A stretch of 64,000 bases of DNA from an uncultured Candidatus Binatia bacterium (GCA_965215605.1 OZ244070.1:3264001-3328000); one strand, 5' to 3'; numbered from the stretch's first letter, positions 18,110 to 27,930 are shown. Program-made: numbers and translations. The notes: generated by a model from the sequence alone, not told the origin.

Positions 18110-18274
18110 CTAGTGTCCCGTCCGGTCAATTCGCACCATAATCTGCTTGTCTTTTTCGCCGTCGGCTGCGTTGCTCTTCCTCGCGTGGTGCCCGCCACTG
18201 CTCGTCATCGCGCCTTGCCGACGACGAAAAATCCCGCGCATCTTATGATGCCAATTAACCAGACAGGACACTAG
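18110..18274. mobile_element. Non-autonomous MITE with CTAG/TA-flanked ends (IS630-like)
   Basis: 32-bp terminal IRs (18110-18141 vs 18243-18274, 27/32) and an internal IR (18152-18166 vs 18217-18231, 14/15); no credible ORF. Confidence 0.8.
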
Positions 18275-18435
18275 TCCGGCGCCCGGCGCTCCCGTGGTGG
18301 GAGGGCCGCAAGCGGAGCCGGGCCGACGTGTCGAATCTCTACCAGATGAAACCACGGCGCGCGAGAGCCGCCGGGTTGAATTGCCGCCGCCTCTTGGGCG
18401 AGAATGGCACCCACCCATCAATCGGAGGAAACGAC

Positions 18436-19506
18436 ATGGCCATGTTCATCGACGCCGACGCCCACGTGATCGAGACGGAGCAGACCTGGGAGTTCATGGA
18501 GGAAGAGGACAAGCGCTTCGCGCCCGACCTCCTGGTCTCCCAGCACAGCGGCCTACGCTACTGGCGCATCGACGAGCGGGTGGTGCCCAACACCAACATC
18601 GGCCTCAACACCACCGCCGAGTCCCGGGAACTCGCAGACGTATCGGCGCGCATCGCCCACATGGACGAGCTGTCGGTGGACGTCCAGGTGATCTATCCCA
18701 CGCTGTTCCTGCGGCCCCTGACCGCCCGGGCCGACGTGGAGCGGGCGCTCTGCCGGGGCTACAACCGCTGGCTCGCGGAGATCTGGAAGCAGGGAGGCGG
18801 ACGCATCCGCTGGGTGGTGCTGGCGCCGGTGCGGTCCCTGGACCGCTGCATCGAGGAGATCCGCTTCGGCAAGGCCAACGGTGCCTGCGGGGTCTTCATG
18901 CACGGCTTCGAGGGGGATCGGCTGCTCTCGGACGACACCTTCTTCCCCATTTACCAGGAGTCCAGCGACCTCGACATGCCGGTGTGCATCCACGCCGGCG
19001 GCGGCAACCTGGACCATTACGACCTGTTCGCCCAGGACGTGTTCTCGCGCTTCAAGCTGCCGGCGGTGGGCGCGTTCAACAACCTCATCTACAAGGGCGT
19101 CCCGGACCGGTTCCCGAAGCTCCGCTGGTGCTTCGTGGAGACCACCTCCCAGTGGGTCCCCTACGCGCTGAACGACTTGCAGATCCGCACCACCGCCGAG
19201 CTGGCCTTCCGGCGGAAACACGCCGACAGCCCGTTTGCCGCGGTCCGCGGCGCGCCTCGTGAGCTGGAGGAGGGCAACCTGTTGAGGGACAACCGCATCT
19301 ACGTGGCCTGCCAGACCACCGACGACCTGCCGTACGTCATCGAGCACGCCGGCGAAGACAACATCATCGTCGGCACCGACTACGGCCACGCGGACTACTC
19401 CAACGACATGGAGGCGATTGCCAAGTTGGCGAAGGAGGGCGTGCTCGCCGAAGGGGTGGGGGACAAGATCCTGAGCGACAACCCCAGACGGCTCTATGCT
19501 CTCTAG
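18436..19506 (+). CDS. Amidohydrolase-2 family protein
   Basis: IDADAHVIETE, VCIH, VETTSQWVP, GTDYGHAD; GGAGG RBS. Confidence 0.9.
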   Translation: MAMFIDADAHVIETEQTWEFMEEEDKRFAPDLLVSQHSGLRYWRIDERVVPNTNIGLNTTAESRELADVSARIAHMDELSVDVQVIYPTLFLRPLTARADVERALCRGYNRWLAEIWKQGGGRIRWVVLAPVRSLDRCIEEIRFGKANGACGVFMHGFEGDRLLSDDTFFPIYQESSDLDMPVCIHAGGGNLDHYDLFAQDVFSRFKLPAVGAFNNLIYKGVPDRFPKLRWCFVETTSQWVPYALNDLQIRTTAELAFRRKHADSPFAAVRGAPRELEEGNLLRDNRIYVACQTTDDLPYVIEHAGEDNIIVGTDYGHADYSNDMEAIAKLAKEGVLAEGVGDKILSDNPRRLYAL

Positions 19507-19558
19507 GAGGCTGCGCTGCGGTGGACTCCCGTACGCAACCGCATAGTACGAGGCCCCA

Positions 19559-20569
19559 ATGGCGAAACGTTCCTTCGGCGTCGAGATCCACCCCTACTAC
19601 GACGTCCCCGCCCTGATGCAGGAGGTCGCGCTGGCGGAAGAGCTGGGCTACGACCAGGTCTGGTTCGGCGATTCCCAACTCATCTGGCGGGAGATGTACG
19701 TGCTCCTGGGCGCCGCCGCCCAAGCCACCTCCAGCATCCTTCTTGGAACCGGCGTCACGAACCCGGTCACGCGGGTGTCCGCGGTCACGGCCAGCGCGGC
19801 GGCGACGCTGCAGGAGCTTTCCGGCGGCCGGCTGACACTGGGCATCGGCAACGGTTTCACCTCGGTCAACACCATGGGCAGGAAGCCCGCCACCCTGGCC
19901 CGGCTGGAGCGCACCGTCGACGAGATCCGCGCGCTGTGCCGCGGCGACCGCGTGCCGGCGGGTTCCGAGGAAATGAGGCTGATGTTCGGCGCGCCGGAGA
20001 AATGCCCGCCCATCGCGGTGGCGGCCAGCGGACCCAGGATGCTGCGGCTGGCGGGCCGCATCGGCGACGGAGTGATCATGGCCCGGGTTGCCATGGAAGG
20101 GGACATGCTGGCGCGGATGCTGGAATGCATTCACGACGGCCGGCGTGAAGGCGGCCGCGGCGAGATGCCGTTCCAGACCTTTCTCTCGGTATCCGCCGCC
20201 GTGGCGGAGGACGGCTCCAAGGCCGTGGCCGCGGTGCGTCCGCACGTGGCCCAGAGCATTCTCAAACCGTTCTGGGGGTTGAGCGCCGGGGCCGCCGCGG
20301 CGGCAGAGACGATGACCGGCCGCTACGACAACTACCAGCACCTCAACCCCAACGCCGCCCACGCCGACTCCGTCCCCGACGAAGTCGTGCCCGAGTTCGC
20401 GCTGGCCGGTACCCCGGCCCGGTGCATCGACACGGCCCGGCGCATGTTCGACAGCGGCATCGACCAGATCACCATCCGTCCCTACGCAGTGGACGGCCTG
20501 CCCCGGGCCAGCATGATCCGCACCTTCGCCGAGCAGGTCATGCAGCCGATGCTGCGCGATGACCGATGA
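19559..20569 (+). CDS. LLM-class flavin/F420-dependent oxidoreductase
   Basis: AEELGYDQVWFGD, LGTGVTNPVTR, SGGRLTLGIG, AASGPRMLRLAGRIGDG. Confidence 0.9.
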   Translation: MAKRSFGVEIHPYYDVPALMQEVALAEELGYDQVWFGDSQLIWREMYVLLGAAAQATSSILLGTGVTNPVTRVSAVTASAAATLQELSGGRLTLGIGNGFTSVNTMGRKPATLARLERTVDEIRALCRGDRVPAGSEEMRLMFGAPEKCPPIAVAASGPRMLRLAGRIGDGVIMARVAMEGDMLARMLECIHDGRREGGRGEMPFQTFLSVSAAVAEDGSKAVAAVRPHVAQSILKPFWGLSAGAAAAAETMTGRYDNYQHLNPNAAHADSVPDEVVPEFALAGTPARCIDTARRMFDSGIDQITIRPYAVDGLPRASMIRTFAEQVMQPMLRDDR

Positions 20570-20609
20570 ACCTCGTTTTTCTCGGTGCCGCGCATCCGCG
20601 ACTCGATGA

Positions 20610-21353
20610 CTATGACTCGGACGTCGACCAGATAACCGACCAGTGAGCGGGTATGTGGTCGTTGCCAACGTCCACACCATACCAATCCAGAATCAGGTTG
20701 TGCCACTCCGGTTTTGCCAGCGCCAAGCCATACACGGTTGTGTTCGGATTGCGTTCCAAGATCGCAGTGGCGGCCAGGGACAGAGTCTTTCCGGTTGCGA
20801 TGAAGTCATCTACGATGAAGATCGTCTCGGCGTCCGTAAAGGCGGAGCGGTAGTCTGCATCCTCCACCAGCAAACTACGAAACTCAGGATACAATCCCCC
20901 TCTCCCTGTTGGCAGGTGGGCTTCTTTCTGTAACAGCGCCGGTTGAGACCGACAGGCCCCAGCGCAGCGACGCGCACGCACCGCCAGCACGCCATCCGGA
21001 TCCGCGATAGTCTCGGCAGAGCGAAGAGCTGGAGCAAAAACCGTCCGGCTGGGCTCCAGTCCAAGACCACGAACAAGGATACGCGCAGCGTGAGCCATGA
21101 GCCTTGCCGCGCCTTCAGTCGCCGCTTCGTCGGGATCGAATTTGGACTTTGTGAACCGGGCGCTCCAAGTATCCTCAGGTCGGTCTTCGAACCGGTATCC
21201 CACCGTGAAAGCGGCCGCCACGCCGTCGTTGAACGTCAGCGTGTCGTACCGGAGCAGGTTGTGGAAGAGACGAGGGAGGACGGACATGCCAACTCCGTCA
21301 CCGGGGTTCTTTGGGCCTGGTAACAGAAAGGGTGTGAAAGGGGCGAATTTCAC
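20610..21353 (-). CDS. Type I phosphoribosyltransferase-fold protein (ComF-like); start uncertain
   Basis: PRPP-binding motif IFIVDDFIATGKTL; VYGLALAK. Confidence 0.65.
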   Translation of the reverse strand: MKFAPFTPFLLPGPKNPGDGVGMSVLPRLFHNLLRYDTLTFNDGVAAAFTVGYRFEDRPEDTWSARFTKSKFDPDEAATEGAARLMAHAARILVRGLGLEPSRTVFAPALRSAETIADPDGVLAVRARRCAGACRSQPALLQKEAHLPTGRGGLYPEFRSLLVEDADYRSAFTDAETIFIVDDFIATGKTLSLAATAILERNPNTTVYGLALAKPEWHNLILDWYGVDVGNDHIPAHWSVIWSTSES

Positions 21354-21484
21354 TGATCAAATGGTGAATCCGTACGGGTGCGCTCGGAGAGCGGCGAAGC
21401 GCTTGACCCGCATACCCCATGAAGGGGCATAATGGTTGCGCAGAATGGCGTCATGAAAGAATGAAGGGTTGGCAGGAGGGGACC

Positions 21485-22225
21485 ATGTCGAAGATCATCA
21501 CTCGCGCACTGACACAGGAGCAGGACGGGGTGCCCGGCTTCATCGCGTCGCCGGAACGGTCGGCGCCGGGCCCGGCGCTCCTTATCGTCCATCACCACTA
21601 CGGTGTCACGGGCCACATAAAGCACATGGCCTGCGAGTTCGCCGAGGCCGGGTACACGGCCATGGTGCCCGCCCTCTACGACATGCTGGGCTTCTCCGAC
21701 TTCCACGACGTCCAGAAGAAGACCCCGGACGGTCGCTTCGTGGAGGTCATCGGCCAGGGCTGGCAATATCTCTGCGGGCGCGACGACGTGGACGAGAAGC
21801 GGGTGGCGGTCATGGGCCTGTGCATGGGCGGCCGCATCGGCATCCATTTCGTGGCAGCGACGCCACGGGTTGCGGGGTTCCTGGGCTACTATCCCTCGGT
21901 GCGGGACGAAGGGCCGAGCGAGCTCAGGCCGCGGCATCCCAACGAGGCCGCCCGGGAAATCCATTGTCCGTCGCTGATCCTGTTCGGAGGCCATGACCGG
22001 GTCGCGCCGGTGCAGGTGCAGGAGAGACTTCGGGCGGCGTTCCTGGAAGGCACCCCCGACGTCGAGTGGCATTTCTTCCCGCCCGCCGGCCACGGCTTCG
22101 CTCTGGCCGACGGCGACTCTTACGACCCCGCGCTGGCCAGGCTCGCCTGGCCGCTGTCCATCAACTTCCTGGACCGCGCGCTGGGGAAGGAACCCGTCGC
22201 CACGACGATGCGTTCTGTCGCCTGA
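21485..22225 (+). CDS. Dienelactone hydrolase family protein
   Basis: GLCMGG nucleophile, FGGHD, AGHGF; GGAGG RBS. Confidence 0.9.
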   Translation: MSKIITRALTQEQDGVPGFIASPERSAPGPALLIVHHHYGVTGHIKHMACEFAEAGYTAMVPALYDMLGFSDFHDVQKKTPDGRFVEVIGQGWQYLCGRDDVDEKRVAVMGLCMGGRIGIHFVAATPRVAGFLGYYPSVRDEGPSELRPRHPNEAAREIHCPSLILFGGHDRVAPVQVQERLRAAFLEGTPDVEWHFFPPAGHGFALADGDSYDPALARLAWPLSINFLDRALGKEPVATTMRSVA

Positions 22226-22316
22226 GTCGGGGAGCGACCAAGCGCCACGGTCGCCGCCGGAAGCCCTGCCGTTGCCGAGGCGCTCGCCGGAAACCCGCGC
22301 GGGGCAGTGTCGGGTG

Positions 22317-23219
22317 TCACTCTGCCAGCGTCCGGGCCACACGGAATCCGAACGTGAGGGCGTCCCTATGGGTACTGATACCGAAGCGGTTGGCGATACG
22401 CAGTGTCCAGGCCGTGCTTCCCCACGAGCCGCCTCGCAGCACACGCCAATCACAGTTCCCCGTAGCCGCAGCGCTACCGTCTGACGGCGCGCCGCGATAG
22501 TCCGGGCGCCAGCAGTCCTCCACCCATTCCCAGGCGTTCCCGTGAACGTCATGAAGCCCCCACGGGTTGGGCTCCTTGCTGGCGACAGGCTGCGCCCGGT
22601 TGCCGCTGTTTGCCGCATACCAGGCCACCTTGTCCAGACACGAAGGATTGTCGCCGCAGAACCAGCGCGTGGTAGTCCCTGCGCGGGCCGCGTATTCCCA
22701 TTCCGCCTCGCTCAGGAGCCGGTAGTGTTGCCCGGTCAGACGGCTGAGCCACCGGACATACGACTTGGCCTGTTTCCAGTCCACGTTCATGAGGGGGGCG
22801 CGGTGCAGGGCCAGGTCTTCCTTTCTCAGCCGATAGTTGCGGACCGATTCCCTGTGAGGAAGCGAGCTACAGCCGCCGGCCTCGACGCATGCCTTCCACT
22901 GCGTGAAGGTCACTTCCAACCGGCCCACCGCAAAGGGTCGCGCAATGCGCACCCGGCGTCGAGGGCCGAGCCGCTTGGTCTTTCCGTCGGCTTCTCCCAT
23001 GATGAACGCGCCCGCTGGCACGATCACCATTTGGGGACACGGAGGACAGTCGACGAAGACCGAGCCGGGCGCCATCACGCCCGGCTGAACCGCGGCGGCG
23101 GCTGCGGCAACGCCCCGGAACGGCAGCGAGGCGTCGCTGGCCACAGCGACGTTGCCTACGCCCAGGCACAAGAGGGCGGCGAAGAGAACAGTCTTGGAAC
23201 GACAAAAAAGGTTAGGCAT
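22317..23219 (-). CDS. Secreted FGE-sulfatase (SUMF1-like) domain protein
   Basis: Signal peptide; CPQMVIVPAG, RLLSEAEWEYAARAG, NPWGLHDVHGNAWEW, RVLRGGSW, GFRVAR. Confidence 0.9.
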   Translation of the reverse strand: MPNLFCRSKTVLFAALLCLGVGNVAVASDASLPFRGVAAAAAAVQPGVMAPGSVFVDCPPCPQMVIVPAGAFIMGEADGKTKRLGPRRRVRIARPFAVGRLEVTFTQWKACVEAGGCSSLPHRESVRNYRLRKEDLALHRAPLMNVDWKQAKSYVRWLSRLTGQHYRLLSEAEWEYAARAGTTTRWFCGDNPSCLDKVAWYAANSGNRAQPVASKEPNPWGLHDVHGNAWEWVEDCWRPDYRGAPSDGSAAATGNCDWRVLRGGSWGSTAWTLRIANRFGISTHRDALTFGFRVARTLAE

Positions 23220-23343
23220 TGGCCCCTCCTGGTCCGGAACGATGGCAAGGAAATCGGTCGTGCCGCGAACCCGAAAACGGCTTGCCGCCAACGGCTGTCA
23301 AGCGTCTATACCGGCGGTCTGCTGTTCGACATGTGCGAACGTT

Positions 23344-23910
23344 CTAGCCAGATATGTAAAGCATCCTGAAGTCTCCATTCGCCCAGTAGAAGATCACCCC
23401 AGCCTTGTGGATGAGCATGATGGCGTCGTGTTCCAACTCGACTTCTGCCAGATCGTCCTCATTGCAACCCGACGCATATCCCTTGGCGCAGGCGGAAAGG
23501 TAGATGTCGGGCGGAATCGCATACAGGAACCTTTCAGTCACATAAGGGACTTTATACAGCTTGAACGCCTCCTTGCCGTCGTTCAGGCAAGCTACCAGAT
23601 GGTATTCTCCGGCGCGTTTGCTGAAGAAGGCTTCGTCCCTGCGGCCGTCGCCGTCGAAATCGCCGGCCGCGTATATGGACTCGTTCGAGAACAACCAATG
23701 TGCCTTGCGATCGTGCGGGGTGTCGCGCACCCGGCCGGCGGCGTACTCGGCACAACTCTCCGCCAACAGGGTGGACGGCGCCAGAACCCCCAGCACAAGG
23801 AAGAACAGGAGAATCACTCCAGTCCATGCGTTGGTCACGACTGGGAACGTGCGTACTTTCGGTGACATCATATTCGATATGAAAGTGATCGTGGGCTTCC
23901 TTGGTTCCAT
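23344..23910 (-). CDS. Hypothetical exported protein with FG-GAP-like Ca-binding motif
   Basis: Hydrophobic leader; GDFDGDGRRD motif; several Cys. Confidence 0.6.
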   Translation of the reverse strand: MEPRKPTITFISNMMSPKVRTFPVVTNAWTGVILLFFLVLGVLAPSTLLAESCAEYAAGRVRDTPHDRKAHWLFSNESIYAAGDFDGDGRRDEAFFSKRAGEYHLVACLNDGKEAFKLYKVPYVTERFLYAIPPDIYLSACAKGYASGCNEDDLAEVELEHDAIMLIHKAGVIFYWANGDFRMLYISG

Positions 23911-24013
23911 GGTAGTCCTCGAAATCCGGACGGCGGGCGGGCCGATGAGCCCCCACACGGCCAGGTTTCAATCCCGCTGGCGTTCGGTGGGAACCTCGGC
24001 TCGAAGGAGCCGC

Positions 24014-25459
24014 TCAGCCGTCCACCGGCGGCTTGCGCCGGTACCACCCGGCCGCCTGCTCGTAGGCGTGGGCCGAGCGCAGCACCCGTTCCTCCCGGAA
24101 ACGCGGTCCCACGAGTTGGAGCCCGATGGGCAAGCCGCCGGCGGAGAAGCCGCAGTTGACGCTCAGGGCCGGCAATCCGGTGAGGTTGAAGGGCGTGGTG
24201 AAGAGCGAGCGGAAGTTCACGCCCGGGCTTTCCAGCCGGATCTCCTCTCCGTCCACTTCCATGACCGCCCGCTCCGATTCCCCGATGGTGGGCGCGGGCA
24301 CCGCCGCCGTGGGCGCGGCGATGATGTCCACCTGCGCGAATACCTCGTCGAACTCCCGGCACAGCCGGCGCCGGATGCGCTGGGCCGTCACGTAGGCGTC
24401 GGCCGGGATCAGCATGGCGCCGATGTTCTGGCGCAGCAGGCGCGGGCTGTAGTCCCGCGGCCTGGCCGTCAGGTAGGGCAGGTTTTCCACCACGTTCTCC
24501 GGCCGCGTGATGCACGGCCAGACAAGCCTCGTCGTGTCCAGGTGCGGCACCTCAACCTCCACCAGCGTGGCGCCGAGGGACTCAAGCCGGCCCTGCGCCT
24601 CCACGAATGCCTCCCGCACCGCCTTTGTCATGTAGCGGTCGAAGTAGTCCTTGACGATCCCCACCCGCAGACCTTCGACGCCCCCATCCAGGCCGTCCTC
24701 GTAATCCGGCACCGGCTCGGCGGCACTGTTGGGGTCCTTCGGGTCCTGGCCTGCAATTGCCTGCAGGATCAGCGCGCAGTCCCGCACCGTCTTGCTGAAC
24801 ACCCCTACGTGGTTGGTGCTGAAGCCGCCGTCGCCGGGCACATGCCCGAAGCGGCTGACGCGCCCGTAGGTGGGCTTGAGCCCCACGATGCCGCACAGGG
24901 AGGCGGGGTTTCGCACCGAGCCGCCGTTGTCCGTGCCCAGGGAGCCCAGTCCCAGGCTCGTGGTCACTCCCGCTGCGGATCCGCCGCTGGAACCACCGGC
25001 GATCCTCTCCGTGTCCCAGGGATTTCGGGTGGTGCCGTAGAACGGGTTGATGGTGGTGCCGCCGTTGGCCCACTCGTGCATGTTGGTCTTTCCCAGGATC
25101 ACCGCGCCGGCTTCCCTCAGCCGCGCAACCACCGTGGCGTCGTAGTCCGGGACGCAGTCCTCCAGCACCTTGGACCCCGCCGTCGTGCGGATTCCCTTGG
25201 TGGCGATGTTGTCCTTGATGGACAGCGGAATACCGTGCAGCGGTCCGCGATAACCTCCGTCGCGTATCTCCGCCTCCGCCGCCCGAGCGTCCGCCAGCGC
25301 CTCCTCCCGCGCCACCGTCACGTACGCCACCAGCCCCGGGTTCAGGCGGTCGATACGTGCCAGCATGAGCTCGGTCAACTCCACCGGGGATAGTTCCTTG
25401 CCCTTGATCCGTGCCGCCGCATCCGCCAACGTGAGCCCGCTCAGGTCGTGGTCCGTCAT
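24014..25459 (-). CDS. Amidase signature family protein
   Basis: GPLHGIPLSIKD, GKTNMHE, GGSSGGS, GTDNGGSVRNPA, GLKPTYGRVSR. Confidence 0.93.
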   Translation of the reverse strand: MTDHDLSGLTLADAAARIKGKELSPVELTELMLARIDRLNPGLVAYVTVAREEALADARAAEAEIRDGGYRGPLHGIPLSIKDNIATKGIRTTAGSKVLEDCVPDYDATVVARLREAGAVILGKTNMHEWANGGTTINPFYGTTRNPWDTERIAGGSSGGSAAGVTTSLGLGSLGTDNGGSVRNPASLCGIVGLKPTYGRVSRFGHVPGDGGFSTNHVGVFSKTVRDCALILQAIAGQDPKDPNSAAEPVPDYEDGLDGGVEGLRVGIVKDYFDRYMTKAVREAFVEAQGRLESLGATLVEVEVPHLDTTRLVWPCITRPENVVENLPYLTARPRDYSPRLLRQNIGAMLIPADAYVTAQRIRRRLCREFDEVFAQVDIIAAPTAAVPAPTIGESERAVMEVDGEEIRLESPGVNFRSLFTTPFNLTGLPALSVNCGFSAGGLPIGLQLVGPRFREERVLRSAHAYEQAAGWYRRKPPVDG

Positions 25460-25697
25460 CAAGCTTCCTCCTCGGAGAGATTGCAGTCGCCGAAGTCCGG
25501 CTCGGAGTACGGGCAGCCTATGCGCACAGAGGTTGGGGATCAAGGGCGGCGCGCGTGTTTGTGACGCGAGGTTCGAGGGTGTAGTGATGATCGTCTCGTG
25601 ACCGCGGCTCCTTGATGCTGGGCCCCTTTCAGCCGATTACGAACGACACCGGTGGAGTATTCCGGAGTACCGGACCGAACAGAGAGGAAACACTCCT

Positions 25698-26618
25698 ATG
25701 CGCATCGCCGCCGTAGACCTTGTCAGCAACACCTGTTTCCCGGCCCTTGCTGCCCAGGAGCTGGGCTTCTACCGGGAAGAGGGCGCGGACGTGGAGATCG
25801 AGCTGGTGTCCCAGATCGGCGCGACGCGGGCGCTCCGCGAGGGCAACGCGGATGCCATGATCGCGGGGTCGGTGCACGACCTGTTGCGGGAGTTTCCGGG
25901 CTGGATCGGCGCCAAGTTGCTGGTGGCGTTGTCCCAGGGAACGCCGTGGCTCTTGACGGTGCGGGCGGACCTTTCGGTGCAGAGGGGAGACGTCGGCGCG
26001 CTCAAGGGCTTGCGCCTGACCGCGGCGGAGGGGCCGGACTTGGTATTCAAGACGCTCCTGGCTGCCGGGGGGCTGGATCCGGAGCGCGACGTGAACATCG
26101 TGCACCTGCCGGGCTCCGAGGCCCGGGACGTATCGTTCGGCGTCTACGCGGCGCGGGGACTGGAGTCGGGCCAGATCGACGGCTTCTGGTCCAACGCCAT
26201 GGGCAGTGCCACCGCGGTGTCGCTGGGGGTCGGCAAGGTCCACGTGGACGTGCGGCGGGGCGACGATCCCGCGGAAGTCCGCTACTGCACCTTCGCGGGC
26301 CTCGGCACCACGGATGACTTTATCGAGCGGGAGCCCGAGCAGGCGGCGGCCGCCATCCGGGCCATCGTGAAGGCGCAGAAGGCGCTGCGCGCGGATCCGT
26401 CCAGGGCCGCGAAGGTAGGGGCGGGGCTGTTTCCGAAGGATGCGGCCGAGTTGATTACCGGCATCGTGGAGCGGGACGTGCCGTTCTATGAACCGGCCAT
26501 CTCCGAGGTGGCGGTGGCGAAGCTGAACGCGTTCGCCCAGTCGGTGGGCCACCTGCCGGGGCCGGTGGCGTACGAGCAGGTGGCAGCGGTGCAGTTCCGC
26601 GAGTTGTGGGAGCGTTGA
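25698..26618 (+). CDS. NMT1/THI5/SsuA-like binding-protein fold, no signal peptide
   Basis: AQELGFYREEGADVEI, GLDPERDVNIV, GQIDGF, FIEREPE; GAGAGG RBS. Confidence 0.8.
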   Translation: MRIAAVDLVSNTCFPALAAQELGFYREEGADVEIELVSQIGATRALREGNADAMIAGSVHDLLREFPGWIGAKLLVALSQGTPWLLTVRADLSVQRGDVGALKGLRLTAAEGPDLVFKTLLAAGGLDPERDVNIVHLPGSEARDVSFGVYAARGLESGQIDGFWSNAMGSATAVSLGVGKVHVDVRRGDDPAEVRYCTFAGLGTTDDFIEREPEQAAAAIRAIVKAQKALRADPSRAAKVGAGLFPKDAAELITGIVERDVPFYEPAISEVAVAKLNAFAQSVGHLPGPVAYEQVAAVQFRELWER

Positions 26619-26631
26619 GCCGCTTCCGCCC

Positions 26632-27873
26632 TCAGAACCCCGCTGCCGGCTCCAGCGCCCCTTCTGGCGGCGTCCGCGTTTCATAGGCCCACTCGGGCAT
26701 CCGGCTCTCCATGCCGCTGGCTTGCAGCTCGGCTTCGTAGGTCTTTCGGATCTGCGGGTCCTCGTCCATGTAGGCGATGGCGTTGCCGCCGTCCCGGGTG
26801 TCCACCGCTCCCACGTCCTTGGCCTGGGCGCCGGGGGCGCCGCCGCGGCGGAAGCCGGGGCCGTAGGGGCCGTCGAAGATGAGCAGGCGCAGGCCTTCCG
26901 GGTCGGTGCCGAAATGCTGGTGGAACCAGTCGCCGCGCATGGGCGCGGCGCTGATCATGCCCACCGGCTCGTAGGTCTGCTGCTTGACGTCGTCCCCGCG
27001 TCCTTGCTCCCACGGCCGCGTGCCCAACGTGTCCGGCCAGGTGTAGCTGAATCCCTTGCCCTTGATGCAGACCAGGATGGCTCCGGAGCTGTGCTTGTGG
27101 GCCTTGGAGTACTGTCCGGTCTCGTACTCGGCGATCTTCATGTAGAAGTTGGCCCCGGCCATGTGCGGCTCCACCCGGCGGTAGCTGAAGGAGCGCCGGT
27201 TGTCCCGCGGCAGCTCGCAGGTGACGATGTCCGGGATGACGTTGGTGAGACGCATGGCCAGGCCGCGCACCGGGTCCGCGTGGATCTCTTCCACCGGCTT
27301 GAAGTAGTCGTCCTCGCCGGAGAACCGCTTGCTGAACTCGTAGGGGCAGTTCATCACGAACTCGGCGTCCCGGACCAGGTTCAGGATGTTGGGGGCGGTG
27401 GTGGCGGCCAGCAGCATGGCCGGAGAGGAGGCGGCGTTGACCACCCGGTGCCAGGCGTTCAGCGGAATGCCGAACAGCGAGCCCGGGCCCCACTCGAAGG
27501 TCTGCTTCCTGCTCTCGCTCTCGTGCCACACCTCGGTGGTGCCGCGTCCCTCCACCACGTAGTAGGTCTCTTCGTACAGGTGGCGCTCGGCGTTGAGCGC
27601 GCCCGCCCCGGGGACTTCCACCACGTACATGCCCCAGAGGTGCTCGGTGCCCAGAAGCTGGATGCCGGTGCCGCGTCCGCCCAGGCGCTTCCAGGGCGCC
27701 ATGGGCAGGTCCTGGACCTTGTGCACGCCGATGTCCCGGTGAATGGGGACTCCCTGGTCTTCCATGAAGCGGTCGTAGGGCGACTTGGGGTTCATCCACT
27801 TGCCGAAACCGGCCTTGCCGGTGGGCGAAGGTTCATCGAAATCGTACAGTTCCGCGCCGGGTTCCACTCCCAT
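26632..27873 (-). CDS. Bicupin-domain protein (possible dioxygenase-like)
   Basis: ERHLYEETYYVVEGRG..PLNAWH and KAHKH..GKG..WFHQHF cupin motifs. Confidence 0.8.
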   Translation of the reverse strand: MGVEPGAELYDFDEPSPTGKAGFGKWMNPKSPYDRFMEDQGVPIHRDIGVHKVQDLPMAPWKRLGGRGTGIQLLGTEHLWGMYVVEVPGAGALNAERHLYEETYYVVEGRGTTEVWHESESRKQTFEWGPGSLFGIPLNAWHRVVNAASSPAMLLAATTAPNILNLVRDAEFVMNCPYEFSKRFSGEDDYFKPVEEIHADPVRGLAMRLTNVIPDIVTCELPRDNRRSFSYRRVEPHMAGANFYMKIAEYETGQYSKAHKHSSGAILVCIKGKGFSYTWPDTLGTRPWEQGRGDDVKQQTYEPVGMISAAPMRGDWFHQHFGTDPEGLRLLIFDGPYGPGFRRGGAPGAQAKDVGAVDTRDGGNAIAYMDEDPQIRKTYEAELQASGMESRMPEWAYETRTPPEGALEPAAGF

Positions 27874-27901
27874 GATGTCCTCCTTGGTCGGTGTCGGGAG
27901 G

Positions 27902-27930
27902 ATGTTAACCGCGCCCTCCGGCGCGGTCAA
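27902..27930 (-). promoter_or_regulatory. Sigma70-type promoter overlapped by a dyad repeat
   Basis: TTGACC-17 bp-TAACAT; TTGACCGCGCC-GGAG-GGCGCGGTTAA inverted repeat. Confidence 0.6.

Noticed and set aside
22317-23219. True formylglycine-generating enzyme
   Set aside because: It lacks the catalytic Cys pair near RGGSW and no sulfatase is adjacent; only the fold is supported.
24014-25459. GatA of the Glu-tRNA amidotransferase
   Set aside because: No gatC or gatB neighbours; catabolic context suggests a generic amidase.
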